In this document: one piece after another, positions 1 through 14,211 of the stretch | Layout of the letters: each line of letters starts with the position of its first letter | How positions within the stretch are numbered: position 1 is the first letter of the stretch | DNA from: Saccostrea cucullata | Lineage: Eukaryota | DNA length: 64,000 bases | Direction: 5' to 3' | NCBI RefSeq assembly: GCF_032062105.1 | Contig: NW_026921639.1 | Location: 1-64,000, forward strand | Translations under genes and position numbers: made by a program | The notes under the pieces: generated by a model | Database searches by the model: none | Seen by the model: only the letters and a program-made list of their open reading frames with translations | Told to the model about the DNA's origin: nothing

Positions 1-3000
1 AGTTTTACATAGAGATATAAAGGAAATATCCTTTAAAATCCACAGGGCTATGAAAACTGAAACTTATGTGGAAGCATCCTGGGTGAATGTAGATTTTAAA
101 TTGTCTAAATTCTGACCTGTGGGATAGCATTTTGGTCATAGCAAGTAATACAAGGGAGAAATCTAGTAAAGAAAATTATGGTCAAAGATTTTCAAGTGAG
201 TGATTTGGGCCTCTTGTTAAAAATTTCATGATTTCAAAATATCATTTTAGATTTTCATCAGGATTTATACCTACCTTTAAAAAATAGGGAAATTTTAATG
301 ATATATACATTGAAATTAAGAATACATGTACTGGAAGCTTGTTAACTGAAAGGATCAAGAAATGCGGGGTAGCATAATATTAAAAAAAATTGACCGCATG
401 ACTGAAAATTACGAATATTGGCCAGAGAGGTAATTTAGTTACTATGCAGCGAAATCAGTGTCCAGAATTACTCAACCGTAAAATGTATGACGTAATGTAG
501 GGAAAACGAATACCCCCCCCCCCCCCCCAAAAAAAAAAAAGTGCAATGTGATGACGATGAGTTTTATGCAGAATATATATTTAATATGTAAAAATAACGT
601 AGGAAGACATACAAAAAGTAGTTTCTTACCTATAAAAATATTATATCTTAATAAAAAGTCATTATTAATACCATGTCGGGAGACAGCAAACAATTTTCTA
701 TGGTTGGCTTAATGTATTGCAGCTGGAGTTCAGTGATGATTTCTAAATAAAAAATCAAAGTACTGAAAGTACTGAATCGAGGTGACGTCTCCCAGTAATA
801 TGTGAAAGTCCCCCTCAAGTAACTGGCATATAGCCTACAAACATTTTAATCTAGGAGAAACCCTATTAACAAGTATATGCTGACAAAACGTCAGGGATAC
901 TCAATCTGTAGAAAGTCGACTAGGAAGTGTCATTAATATCCTATAATGGTTTAATTAAGATGGGGGATATCGAGTTCAATCTTCTGTTAAATACAAAAAA
1001 AACTTTTGAAAAAAAAATTTGATTAGAATAAATAAAATCAATCGTACTACTTTTTAAGATGAATTTTTGCTAAATCAAGTACATCGTTCAAAATTTAATA
1101 CACATCAGTCCAAATAGCTTGTTACAAGCCTACAGGTAGAGTAGATCGTTTTTCAAAGTGGATTCGGGGGCTCCTAAAATTCCACGTGACTACTGGTTCA
1201 TCTCAGGGGTGTAACACCCCCACCCACCCCCTCCCTCCTTTTTTCCGCAACCTTACTTTTAGTATAAAAAATGTTAATTGAAAGTCTAGTCCCCCCCTTC
1301 ACTTTTAGTGATGTACAAAAAAACTAATGAAAATTGGTACTAAAAGTAATTGACATTGAGAAAAGTTGCACATATGGATGTGCGGCATGTTTAACACATA
1401 TTCCGGACAAATCAAAAAGAAGTTACATATACCATAAAGGTTCTGTTACCAAAACTGAAGATAACTAGAACGATTTTTTACAAACGTACGAGGGAGAATT
1501 TAACATTAATGTTGTACTGTTATTTTTAAAGTGCACATGTAAATAACTCTCAGGCTCGTGACAAGCAATTTCAATATAGGGTGTACAACCATACATATTC
1601 TTGCCATGCACGGTAGAATTTGTTAACGATGGGGTAACCTGCGTCACCTTTCAGAGTAAACAGTGGACTCGTCCAAAGATGCTTTCACGGTGTCTGCAAA
1701 AGTAACCTGAGATCCCTACGCAAAAGAAAGCGCAAAATCTCTGTATAGAAACTGTTGCGGCTGCGGAGCTTCACTCATTGTTTATTCGCCATAGAAAAGA
1801 ATTCGCCATTTAACGCTTAATATCTTTGAGTATCTAGGCTTTTTCAAGCTTAGCTTCATTTTTGTTTCTAGAAATATTTTAATCTACAAAAATAATAGCT
1901 TTTGTGTATTTTAACTGAGTAAATCTATGACCTAGCATCGTGTTAGATAACTCAAGCCCCTCTAGGGCTTGAGTAAAAATAATTTGAATTTAAAAAAAAT
2001 GAGCAACACGACAATGTATTTTGTAACTTATGTGATTTATAAAATCTGAACTAAATATCATTAATTAAGTACGCGGGCCGTCACCAAAATAAAGGGAAAA
2101 TATCTCGCATTTTTCTTCACATTATACTTTGTTTTGTTTCTTGTTATACAGTACCTGCAGATATGTAGCTCTCCGAGAAAAAAAAAATCACAGACCGGAG
2201 AGCTAGGGTGTCACCCATCGAAAAAAAAAAAACAAAACTGTATATTTATTGAGCACAAAGAAGTGCGCTGTTTCTCGATTTACTTCACCGTGTTTTAAAA
2301 CTGTCATCTCATAATATTACTAACCGTGTGTTCCTACAGTAACATATAATCTGTGACTTTGTCCACAACAAAACATTCCTTATAATTGTTATATATGTAA
2401 AAATGGAGCGCTTACGTAATCACAACGCGTAGTACATTGATGCAATTGTATATATAAAAATAAAATAATTTGGCCCTATTCAACATGGTGGTCATGTTGA
2501 ACTTTGTACAAAATGTAATGGACCTTCATAAAAATAATTGACAGCCCAAAAATGACAATGATAGCGCCATTTATGGAATAGCACATAAGGGGAAAAGATT
2601 GCTATAGTAGCTTTGAATGTGATTGTAGATTTTCAGTATGCATAAATTACGTAACAATCGCTCGAATTAACAAACTGCGTTGACTTTCCGAAAATGATGG
2701 AGGTTGGGTATAGTGACGGATTTAGAGGTTTTGGCAATGCTCAGTTATACAAATATAGAAATTCTAACAAAAAAATCTTTGCCTTGCAAATATGAATGTA
2801 TGAAAAATAAAATAATGTACATGTACGTGTCATATTTCCAAAATTGCAACATGCATGCTCTGGGGCCATAAAACTTAGATGAGCTCACTCTTAATCTCAG
2901 TGTTACCTTTCGACAAATACATGTACTTCATGGTAAAAATGAAATGAGATCAAAAGTGCCCCGGAACATCGATGAAAACATTTAATACAATAAAAAAAAA

Positions 3001-5013
3001 ATCTCTCTTCAGTATATTTTAAAGCCAAAAGCAGGCCCATTTTGACAATAAAAAAAAAATATAAATCCTGCATTTAAAAATTTGAGTTCCTAGATCATAG
3101 TAGATTAGGGGATTTGTGATTTAACTTTAGTGACTGAATTTGGTCATCAATTCAAAATATATAAATACATTTTGATTAAGATTCAAATTGATTAAGATTT
3201 AAAATACTACTACTATCAAATTAAAACACTTAGCATAAGGTATGAGTAAAATATATATTATGTGTACAGCTTGAAAACAAATTATTCGCTATTATCAATT
3301 TAATGTTTTTACAATGCATCCTCTTCAAAGTTCGTTTTCAAATTCCTTATTATTACTTTCTTTTCCTTTTTCTTTTTTTTTTTTAATTCTTAAAATTATA
3401 AATAGTAGAAACCACACAATAATAATTTAATTACAAGTATAAACTGCTATGTATTCGGTATGACATCGATAGATGTCCAGCTGTGTTATGTCTTGTTGTG
3501 TATAACTTGCGTAATCCTAAATTCTAGAGGTGTTCCGACCGAGTATTCGATGAGGTGATCAGTAGTATGCAACGAAATAGGTAAAGGTGTCCCGCTGTTA
3601 TTCACCTTTTTCAACAGTGATAGCACCAAACATATTTATAATTAAGATCGGGACGATATTTTTACGTTCTAAATAGATTTTTTTTCATGAATGATAAAAA
3701 CAAAGTGTGAAATTAACTTCGCTTTTGTGATTATTTACGGTGAAGTGCAAAAATAACTTTCGCTTTTGTAAAAACTCATGGTGAATTTTGAGCTCAGTAA
3801 GGACTTTAACACCTCAGACGCCTCTATGTTAACTCTAAATTTTATTAGTTAATTGTATGTTTATATTCAAGTAGAACTCTTTCTTCTCTTTTGTTTTAGT
3901 GTATACTGTTCTGTTCTCTCCCTTGCCTGCGATCGGCGTTCAATACACATACATGTAGGTCACGATCTCTGCTGCAGCCAGTTGTTTACATTTGACCCTC
4001 GCTAAAATAATTCAGAGCGTAGGAATACTTCATATCTTATTCCTAGTCAGGAACTTGTTTTTAGTATTTGTAAATCCATAAAAACATTACGTATTACTTG
4101 GAAATTAAATTGAATACATTGTAGCTCTTATTATGTGACTGGATTTCTGATTTCAATACATGCATAATCAGAGGACTATGTTTCTTAGAGAACTGATAAA
4201 AATTAGCATTTTAATATTTCCAATCAATCTTCCAAGTGCTATTGTTTACATATTAGCAACCTATCTCTGATTTGATCCTTGCTTCCTAAGGTATCATAAT
4301 TTAATAACAAGATTACTGAATTGTCCCAAAGAGCGAATATCAATAAGAAAATGCAAAAAGTAGTGATCACAGGATTCCGCCATTAAGCTGTAGAGCAGCT
4401 ATCGAGGCTGACTTACGTCACCTCGAAAAACATGTGAAAAGGTGTTCATATTGCACACAATTTGTCATAAATAATGACACAAAGACACCGTAAGCGGGGA
4501 AGCACAATTCCTTGAATATCTGGTCTGGCCCCGGGATCATAAATCATCTTAAGCCTTAGCCAAAAATGCCTTATATGCTGAAATTTTTTGAAGTCATGCA
4601 GCCCAAAATGAAAATCTTTTCCGATTTTGTATAATCAGACTGCTGTTGCATGAAAATTATGGGTTTCCTTTAACAAGTTTAAAAGATTTAATAGAAAATT
4701 GAAATTTTAATATATTTATGAGGTGTACATCCTGAAGTCATATTTATATAATTATTTTCAAATTTCAAAGAAAGGCCGAATTTTCTTACTAACATTCTTG
4801 GCTCTTTGAAGTTTCTTAGATTGTTTCCAAAGCTATGAATGTATATTTTCACTTGAGAAGGAAATATTTTCCATGGAAAAAGACTTTTAATTTCCATCGG
4901 CATTTTATGTATTTTTTTTTAAAGTTTATCATGTGTTAGATGGATTTTTATCAGTAAACCTAAGTAATTTTTTCATGACATCCTTCAAAAGATACTATTA
5001 CTTTATTTAAATG

Positions 5014-5262
5014 CATACGGAGTATATATATTTCAGTTGATACGATACGCAAGAACATGCCCTACAAATAAACAATTTCTTAAACGGGGTAAATTATTGA
5101 CAAGCAAGTTGTTGAAAAAAGAAAATCAGCAGTCTCGTTTAAAGTTATCATTTCGAACGTTCTATGGTCGACACAATACCCCTGTCAGCACATACAATTT
5201 ATCATTGATTCAAATTTTCATACAAATTGTTAGTCCCATTATTTATAAACTAAATTCACAGG
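5014..5262 (+). pseudogene. Degenerate 3' fragment of the PLE RT family seen at 23445-24323
   Basis: IRYARTCPTNKQFLKRGKLLTSKLLKKENQQSRLKLSFRTFYGRHN aligns to IRYARACSTYDQFLKRCKLLTSKLMKQEYQQSRLKSSFRKFYGRYN; DNA visibly similar to 24090-24345. Confidence 0.8.
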
Positions 5263-5710
5263 GGAGGGAAACATGCTAAATTTGATTTTACGTAATCACT
5301 TTTTGTATACGAAGTGAGAAAGGGAAGCAACTTCAGCCCGAATTTACACATAGTCGATCTCAGAAATTTTTCGTTTTTTCAATAAAATACATCGAAGTTA
5401 GTAAAATAACAACAATCATACAGCAATAATTACTCTTTAATAGAAATAGCATCACGGTCATTCAAGAATCGTGTAAGTCGTGTTTTACAAATCCGATATC
5501 TTTTCATATAAGTGATCCGCTAAATTCGCTTTACATTGCATCATACAGGCACGTAGCATCGATTTTTTAAAGTGGGGAGACAACTAATTGAATTTTTTTT
5601 CCTTACCTGTAAACGTTGACAAGCAAAAAAAAAAAAAAAAGAAAATTGCCCATGCACACTCGAAAATCCTATTTCGTTGGGGAGGGGGGGGATACAATAC
5701 TACATTTCCT

Positions 5711-6140
5711 TTATCTTTCACATGGTCTATTGAATTTGGTGAGCCACAACTCCACTTCGGTCAGCTGTATTTGATAGAATCCTGAAACGGCATCCAGAGT
5801 TGTGAAATGCTTCGCATGCTTAAGGTTAGCAGCCACTTCTTTGACGGTCTTAAATAGATACTTTTTCCTTAAAATAGCCTTATTCAGTTCTCGTGGATCC
5901 AAACAAATCCTAACTTTCCCAATTGGTTTCTTAACGACTACAATAGGATTGGGGTTTCACTTATGAGATTATATTCATGGATTCCATCCTCTGTAGTTCT
6001 TCTAAACATTTGTCCTTCAAAGTATATGGTATTCTCCAAGGTGGCGCAACTACAGGGGTATGCTAGAATCAATCTTGATGTCATATTTTCATGGTAGACA
6101 TCCAATTCAATATAGAATGATCATATATTTTCAACAGTCC
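5711..6140 (-). pseudogene. Ty3/Gypsy pol (RT N-terminal) remnant
   Basis: Motifs PVVAPPWRIP, GKVRICLDPRELNKAI and FTTLDAVSGFYQI; frame-disrupted. Confidence 0.75.
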
Positions 6141-6504
6141 TTCTGCACTTTTAATACTTTGATTCTTCTTTACTGTGTACACACGATTCACCTAATTCAA
6201 TTCAAGTCGACGAACAGTGGACGTCATCATCAACAATCTGTATTTCTAGAAGAAAATACTGGACATCTATTTACAAAAAATCGTAAGTTTACGACTACGA
6301 CTTGAACTTACGATAATCCTAAGATAAAAGTTATACGAGCTATTCATGAAAGTGGTCGTAAGAACGATACATTGTCGTAAGTGAAAATCGGTCGTAAGAT
6401 TTTTCCTTCCTTGGTTACCGACAACTGCTCATGCGCAGTACGTTGTATGAGAAAAGCGAAAGTAGCCCTAGCAGACGATTACGCAACACCCGCGCGTCTT
6501 GAAA

Positions 6505-8817
6505 ATGAGGGACATCAGCAGGAAGAAGAACTAGAGTTGCGGAGAAATATCTCTCCTCGTGGATTTAGTATCCGAGAGGAAAGATGTGTTGCGGGGGAGA
6601 TTTTCTCCGGCACTAACCTCAGCAGATAAGGCTGGGGCGTGGGAGGTCATCACCACAAGGCTTGTTTACAATATCAAATCGCTTTATAAAAGTATGCAAC
6701 AACAGTGGATATGTGATTAACATGCAAGTGTATTTAATTAAAGATATGAAATATCCTAAAGTAGATGTAAACAATACTGAACAATGTCTTAAAATGAAAT
6801 TCCTACAGAAATAACATTTACAGGTGTATGGAAAAAGAGTGGTAGGGTAGGGGTAAACATCGCTGTCTAGGACCTATAACATTGTATTCCTTACATTGAG
6901 TATTCATTTTAGAAGTTAGAATATATTGTTCATTTATATTATATAATATTGTAAAATCCGGTAATCTGATTAGTCAATAGTGAATACGAAGTATTTATAT
7001 TTGCTTGAAATTTACCGCTAGAAGCGAATAATGACTCGCACGACCTGTCTCTTTTTCACTTTCGCTTTAGTCAAACGAAGGCTGCTGTGCAGTCAGTAGG
7101 CCTAGTCGGCTAGTGAGAAAAGATTTCTAAAGATATCGTGAAGAAATATGACGCCGAAAATACACAACGATTAACAAGGATATCTGTTAAGGGAATATTT
7201 TAAACAAGCCATTCCATGATTGAATTCGACTTTTCCACTCGGCGAGCATAGTTTTGATGCTGTTTACGTTAGACTTAAGAAAATAAACACAGGAATGTCA
7301 CATATGGTTGTGTAGATAAATTGTTGCAGAAGATAAAGGTATTACCCTTTTGTCAATGCATTTCCTCTGCAGGTATAAGTTTTAGGGGATGGGGTATTCT
7401 GTGTTTATTCGCTGTTGTATACCATGATACATTGTGTTCTGCCTTATGGGTTAAACAAATTATTACCGAGAATTATAACCGAAACTTGTGTCTATCAGTA
7501 ACATTCATTAAACATTTACATTCAAATTATTTATGGTTTACAACAGACACCATTTTATCTCTGTAAACATTAGGTATGTGTATACATTGTACTAGGCCTA
7601 CATGTAATAAATTCGGGGTATAATATATAAACAAGCATTCTGAGAGTATTGCATAAGCAATACATGTCCCCTACCGGGTTCCCCTTTTTCTATAGGATGT
7701 CATTTTACAATATGCAAAAGTCATGTCAAAGGTAAAACTGAAAGATTTTTAAGCTGTAAATGCCTTAAAACCAATAAAATAATCCACATTAAGACGAGAA
7801 TTCTCCACCGTCCAAAACTCATTTCTCCACCGTCTTTTCCTGACCTCGCTTCATATTTTTGTCAACAATTGGAAGTAAGCGCAGTTCGAACCCGATCATT
7901 ATTAAGCGATTATGAAAAGTATTCAAAATGCCACAATTCTGTCAATGATCAATGAAGTGAAATTCAAACTTGATCTGTAACTCATTAAGATACACCCACA
8001 TACCAAAATTCAGCTCAATATCTACAAACGTTTAGAAAAAAAGTGTGGAAAACCAAGTGGGACAGATTGACGGGGACAGACAGACGGACGGACGCAGAGG
8101 AAACCTATAGTCCCCCCTGGTTTCACCGGTAGGGGACTAATAATGAATACATGTATGAATTAGGTCAATATACTTCATGTATCTTTGGTCAAAATCTGTC
8201 ATCCTGGGTCATAATAAATACATATTGACCTACATTGAGTCCATATTTGTATAATAATTTCATGTTGGAATTTTTTATGTCAAATATTTTTTAATTTTTA
8301 TATCTCAAAATATTTTCTACAGATTTGAAATTCTTTGCAATTTATTCATTTCTTAATGGAATTATTCAGCATAAATGCAGTTGGTGGAAGTGGGTGCACC
8401 ACCAAAGAATTGAAAAAAAAATGGCAGGACATTCAGTCTTCGATCAAAAAAAGGAGGCCGAGAGAAAAAGAATCTCAGTTAAGACAGGGGGTGGCCCTCC
8501 CCCTGAGGACATCAAGGACTGGGAGAAGAGGGTAAGTTTTATATTCTGAAAAGGGCTGTTGGGAATTGTTCTTGATATTGATTTTAAAAGTTATTGATCA
8601 TTTAACTTGTAGCATACAAAATATTTGTCAAATTTGAAACAAATTGTCTAATGATGTACATAATTCAGTAGTAACAAAATGATAGTTTATTTTTTTAGAT
8701 ATATTGGCATCAAATATATGAGCTTGGGTGATTGTTTTAGATATTGGAATCATCTCAGACAAGGTCCTGTATGGGATTGAGGGGGTACACACACTCTGGA
8801 AGTTTCAACAGGCACTG
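6505..8817 (+). pseudogene. Spliced Myb/SANT-like DNA-binding gene remnant (Harbinger accessory type); exons ~6505-6659, ~8370-8531, ~8742-8817
   Basis: MRDISRKKN*SCGEISLLVDLVSERKDVLRGRFSPALTSADKAGAWEVIT / INAVGGSGCTTKELKKKWQDIQS..KTGGGPPP; W-to-TAG stop, frameshift, GTAAGT donor after 8531. Confidence 0.65.
7630..8142. mobile_element. Helentron-associated non-autonomous element (HINE-like)
   Basis: AACAAG start, TCCCCTACCGG / CCGGTAGGGGA inverted repeats, (GACG/GACA)n microsatellite, terminal hairpin; lies in an intron of the Myb remnant. Confidence 0.65.
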
Positions 8818-10143
8818 GTATGAACATCATTCATATTATAAAAATTGTCTTAGCCTTATAATTTTACAGTTACTCTAAGTAAAATTTGATGAAATCAAGT
8901 AAGTCATCAATGGCTAGAAAAAAAATCTTCAAATTTATTTGCACAGCAGTTTGAAGTAATGATATATTATTAGTAATTATTTCCACATGTACATCAAGGT
9001 CTTTATCTTCTACAAGGTTGAATCTCGCATATTGACCAAACAACGACACTGTTTGGACAACAATCATATTTGCAATCACACTGTCAAACGCGTCAGTCTT
9101 TGACTTTCCCACAGAAACCTTTATAGGCTAATCTCCGGGAAAACCCAGGTCCCGAGGTTAATGAAGCCGTTCTTTATGGATTTATAAAGTTCTAACACAG
9201 TACATCTCTCGGAAAACCCACCAATTATATGCCAGGGAAGCAAAACATTTGATCCCTTCCGAATTTGAGCCGAAATTAATGCCATTGTATTCAAACATTC
9301 ACTGACGATTCAGTCAACCTTTTAATCCGACCGCCATTTGCATTGCCATGCTCTGTATAATGCTCATGTCGGGGAATTCCAGATTTTTTTTTCAATCTGT
9401 CAGCGCACAGGGAATTTTCATTTTATTCATTTGAGGATAAAAATGGGTAATGCGCCTTGTTAATTGACATGCGGGGGTGCCTGAGATAAGTGATTTAATC
9501 CATCGTTTGTGTCCAGCCAGTTCTAAAAAAACGAATAGCGTGGATTAAGCTGTGAATAGTGGAGATTGGCGCGGACTGGCCGTCAACAGATTTCCTCCAT
9601 GAACAGCATTCTTGCTCCATGAACAACATTCTTGCTCAAATGGAACCAGTAAATAAGGTAGACTAATTAGGAAAATAACAAACAATTCAATTCATGAAAG
9701 ACCGTGTTCTTTCTGGGCGTTTTCAATCCAGTGTTTTTGGTGGGAAAGCACGTTTTCTGTCTGTGCGAGAATTAGTCTCGATGCTGATTGGTCAATATGT
9801 AAAGGACATTTGCGTGGTAAATGTTCTTAAATTATTCTTGTAATAATAACCAAAGCATGTTCAATTATCAACTAAATTATCCTGCTTATCCTATTTGGTA
9901 GGATTTCATTTGTCATACCGGCGTACGCCGAATGCGCCGCTTGACCTTTCGTAACCCGGCTAATTACTTCAGTGGGAGGTTCGCCGGCGAACGCCGAATG
10001 CGCCGGTCTGAGATGACCGGCGAGGAGATCGCCGGTCTTAAAAATATGGCGGGAAGAGAAAACAACTGTGAAAATGCAGATACTTTTTACCAGATCGACA
10101 TATTCTTTACTTGTTCGCATATTTTGAGCAAATCTGTATTCAT

Positions 10144-12864
10144 GATCAGAATAAGTAGATTTTCTAACTTGTAGGAGTTTCTGTTTAAAAATTTACCAAA
10201 TAAAATTGATTGTCTATCAAAACAAACAGGCTTGTTTACTTTTTGGAAGATCCATTCTTCAATCTCTAACCATATTTCTTTTACAGCAGAACATTCAACA
10301 AAAAAGTGATCAATAGTTTCAATATCCTTCTCACAGAAGGAGCATAATGGTGAATCAATAAGTCTTAATTTAAAAAGATGGCAATTAGTAGGAATTATTC
10401 TATGTAAGATTTGGAATTGTAACCATTGAAGTTTTGATTCTTGGGTTGTTTTGAAAGGTAGATCAAAAATTTTTTCCCAGTATTTTTCACAAAATTCTAC
10501 CCCATTTTCACTCCATTTTATAACTGAAGTTATATTGCCCTTTTTATTTCTAATAAGAACATTATACATATCATTACACCCTTTTTTACTCTTTAAGAAA
10601 ATTTCAAGGCTGGTTGGAAGCATCGGTCTAGGCATTGGCTTTATTTCATAATTCTTTAAAAATGATAGTCTCTTTCTAATTGCTGTTCTTAGTCCGGCAT
10701 ATTCAACATAGTTTGTATTTACTTTCAAGTTATAATGAATAAAATCAAAACTGTAAAAGTTTCCATTTAAATCTGAGAAATCATTGATAAATACAAAGCC
10801 CGAATTAAAGTAACTTTTGATGAAAATTGACTGGCCACCAATGATAACACCTGGATTATGCCATATGTGTTCTTGGAGAGGACTTAATTCAGCTATAGTT
10901 TTAGCCTGATTTACTTTACACCAACTAGAGAAAACATCTTTCCAAAACTTATTTTTTGTGGTACTACTCAGATTCTTAATAAAGTCATTTCCAAACAGCC
11001 AAAGATGATTTATGCTTATTCCCAATTCTGCTTCAAGTAATTTAACCCATTTTGCACTTGAGTACATAACCCGCCTTACCCAACTAGATTTCAATGAAGT
11101 AACAAAATTTTGAGAGTCTATCATTTTCAAGCCCCCAAATTTATGCTCTTGAATACTGTAAACCAACTTTTATTCGCGTGCGAGAAATTTTCGCGAAGTT
11201 CGCGAGAGCCTCGTCATCGCGAATTTTTCTCGCCGCGAACCGGTCCTTGTAGTGTTATTTGTCTATAGATAAAAGATCCAAAAAAGCTTGATCGCGAAAA
11301 TTAATCGTCGCCAACCAATTTATCACTGGTAAATCGCGAAATAAAGTCGTCGCGAATAATAGTTGGTTTACAGTAATTACATTTTTCTTAACTTTATGAT
11401 TTTTATTATTCCATAAAAAATTATACAAATCTTTTTCGAAAGCACTCATGACATCATCATTAGGGTTTGGTAAAGTGAGGACAAGATGATTTAGTTTAGG
11501 AATTAATAATGTTTTTATTACAGTCAGTCTTCCAAGAGGAGTAAGTTTGCGAGCTTTCCATTGTAACATGGTTTTTTTAATTTCTTCAATTTTTAATTTG
11601 TAATTAATATCTACCATCTCATGTAGATCAACAGAAAACTTAACACCTAGTAAATCAAAGGATGTAGTACTGGGATCAAACTTCCATCTTGAGTGATGAA
11701 AAACATCTTTTGAGAATTTTTTACTTCCTATCCAGACTAATTTAGTTTTAGAAAAATTTATTTTTAGACCCGAGATTGATGCAAAATAATCTAACACTCT
11801 TGTTATTCCATCCATTGAGCCATTGTATCATCTGCATATTGTGACAACTTGTATTCTTCACCATCAATAGTTATACCTTTAATATCCTTATTTTTTCTAA
11901 TTAAAATACCTAGAATCTCTGCACAAAGTAAAAAAAGGTACGGTGAAATAGAATCACCTTGTCTACAACCCCTTTCAGGGTAAAAGTACTGAGACACTAT
12001 CCCATTTTGAATAACACAGGACTTTATATTATTATAGAAACATTTTATCCAATTTCTAATTGACTGACCAAAATTGAAGAAACAAAGTGTTTGATTTATG
12101 AAGTTCCAAGAAATGGTATCAAATGCTTTTTCAAAGTCGATAAACATTAAGAGGCCAGGTATATTTCGTGACTCTGCTTGGTGCATAATATCATATATTA
12201 ATCTAATATTTTCACCGATAAATCTCCCTTTTATAAATCCTGTTTGGTCCCCATGTATAAGCTTATCTAAGAATTTTTTAATTCTTTCCGCAATGCAACC
12301 TGAGGCTAATTTATATACCACATTTAACAGGCTAATAGGCCGCCAGTTTTTTAAAAATTGTTCTGGCTTACCAGTTTTTGGAATACAAGTTATTACCCCT
12401 AATTTGTTTGGTTCGGAAAAAGTTTGTTTTAAGTATGAGTCATTTATTGCTCTTGTAATAAATGTGCCAATATCCCTCCAAAAAAATTTAAAAAATTCAC
12501 ATGTGAATCCATCTGGACCTGGGCTTTTATCATTTTTCATCTGTTTAAGAAAGTTTAAAACCTCTGATTTTGTTATAGGACCCTCTATACTTAGAGCTTC
12601 TTCAAAAGACAGCTTTGGGATATCATTATATTCTGACATTTTTTTGCTGTAGTTTTCATTTTCAACAACTTCTCTTTTTTTATATAAGTTTTCATAAAAA
12701 AGTTTTGTTTCATTTAAAATATCATATTGATCTGAAATAATAGATCCATTTTCTTTTTCTAATCTTGGTATCAGTTTACTTAAATAATTTCTAGATTCAA
12801 GTTGACTAAAATATTTTGACGGTTTTTCACCTTCAATAGACTGATGCCAATTAGTTTCATTCAT
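10144..12864 (-). pseudogene. L1/Tx1 ORF2 reverse transcriptase plus C-terminal zinc-knuckle region (inverted segment)
   Basis: KSPGPDG, NWRPISLLN, IDFEKAFD, GCRQGDSISP, YADD, GGLKM, CSFC...H; frameshift just after YADDT and a MITE insertion at 11156-11373. Confidence 0.9.
11156..11373. mobile_element. Tc1/mariner-type MITE with TA TSD inside the LINE
   Basis: TIR CTGTAAACCAACT / AGTTGGTTTACAG flanked by TA; removing it restores the frame NVI-IQEHKFGGLKM. Confidence 0.9.
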
Positions 12865-13470
12865 CTTGTTTTGTAAATATGCACCCTTATCTCTCTTTCA
12901 CGTTTCTATCCCCCTTTTCCTATCCTTCCCTTACATTGGGCATTCATTCGATTCTTTATTGATGTTTTTGTACGATTATGGTAAAAGATAATAATCTAAA
13001 TATACTTACAGTAAACTGCCAGGGTCTTGGAGATAAAAATAAAAGATTAGATGTTTTAATACTTTAATGGAAAATAAAACAATATATTTTTGCTAGTAAG
13101 TATGCCAAAACTATAAATTTAAACATTGAGACTTTGAAAAATGTTATTACTGAAAGAATTAGAGTAGAAAAATTTCTTTTGTTAAAAAATTGTAAATATG
13201 ATGAATTTGAAAGACACTGGCAGGAAATATTTGAAAAACTTTAAAAAATTTTCGTTCCGCTAGCTGTTCGATAAAGTGTGTGCCCTCTCATCTCTCTCTC
13301 TCTCTCTCGCTCACTTTCTATCTCCCCCTCTCTTTCAACATAAACTTTCACACTAGCTTTTATTAATATTATTTTTTTTGTTTTTGTTTTTTGCTTTATT
13401 TATATATGTATTTATGTATACGTCTCTTTCATATTTGTGTAATTTGTGTGAAAGTTAAAATAAACTTCTC

Positions 13471-13501
<31 letters not shown>

Positions 13502-13790
13502 TATTCATATAATTAAAATATGTTTTTGTTTTCTGAAAAATAAAATTTTTCATAAAGTCCATGGTTTTACCTTAAATTGAATTACGAATTAATCTAACTA
13601 AGACATAATGTAAAAAATGATAAAATTTATTTAATTGATTATCATTTAGCGTAATTATTCATTTTTAAAAAATGTTTTCGCCGGTTTACTTCATTTGCCT
13701 CTTAGCCGTTTTACGCCGGTCATATGACCGGCGTAATTCGGCGTACGCTTATCAGTGACAAATGAAACTTGCCCTTTGTAAGATTCTGAT

Positions 13791-14211
13791 ATGCTACAAG
13801 TCACCCGGTGTTTACTTTCATATTTAAATCCTCCAACTTTGCATAATCCTCAATTATAAAAGGAAAAAAATCTCACAATTGTGCTACAATATGAAATATT
13901 GGTATAATAATGACTTCTGCAATTGCTAATTTTTTCTTATATTGTAACATAACAAAATAGATATTTTGCGTGCATTGTCCAATATTTTCTTTTTCAATAT
14001 TTATTACAGTTAATTAAACTTGATTCCTTTCATATCACAATTGTGAGTAGATTTTTGTTTTCTTTCATAATTGATGATTATGCAAAGTTGGAGGATTTAA
14101 ATAACCATTTAAAAGAAATTTATATAATTTTATGTTTCTAACTGGATTTAAACAAACATACTACGGCGTAGGTCTTCAACTCTTCCCCGTACAACGGGTG
14201 ACTTGTAGCAT
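13791..14211. mobile_element. Nested inverted-repeat (MITE-like) elements
   Basis: Outer perfect 17-bp IR ATGCTACAAGTCACCCG; inner IR TATTTAAATCCTCCAACTTTGCATAATC at 13821 and 14103. Confidence 0.6.

Larger units (their letters stand above)
10144..13497 (+). mobile_element. L1/Tx1-clade non-LTR retrotransposon, 5'-inverted (twin-primed), with poly(A) tail
   Basis: TSD AAATCTGTATTCAT at 10130-10143 and 13495-13508; A-run at 13471-13497 after AATAAA; RT in antisense 10144-12864; ORF2 C-terminus in sense at ~13073-13244. Confidence 0.9.
9897..13774. mobile_element. Non-autonomous TIR element split by the LINE insertion
   Basis: Imperfect TIRs containing TTTCATTTGTCA / TGACAAATGAAA plus GCGTACGCCGAA / TTCGGCGTACGC subterminal motifs at both ends. 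Confidence 0.5.

Noticed and set aside
12098-12652. 184-aa plus-strand ORF
   Set aside because: Antisense shadow of the LINE RT
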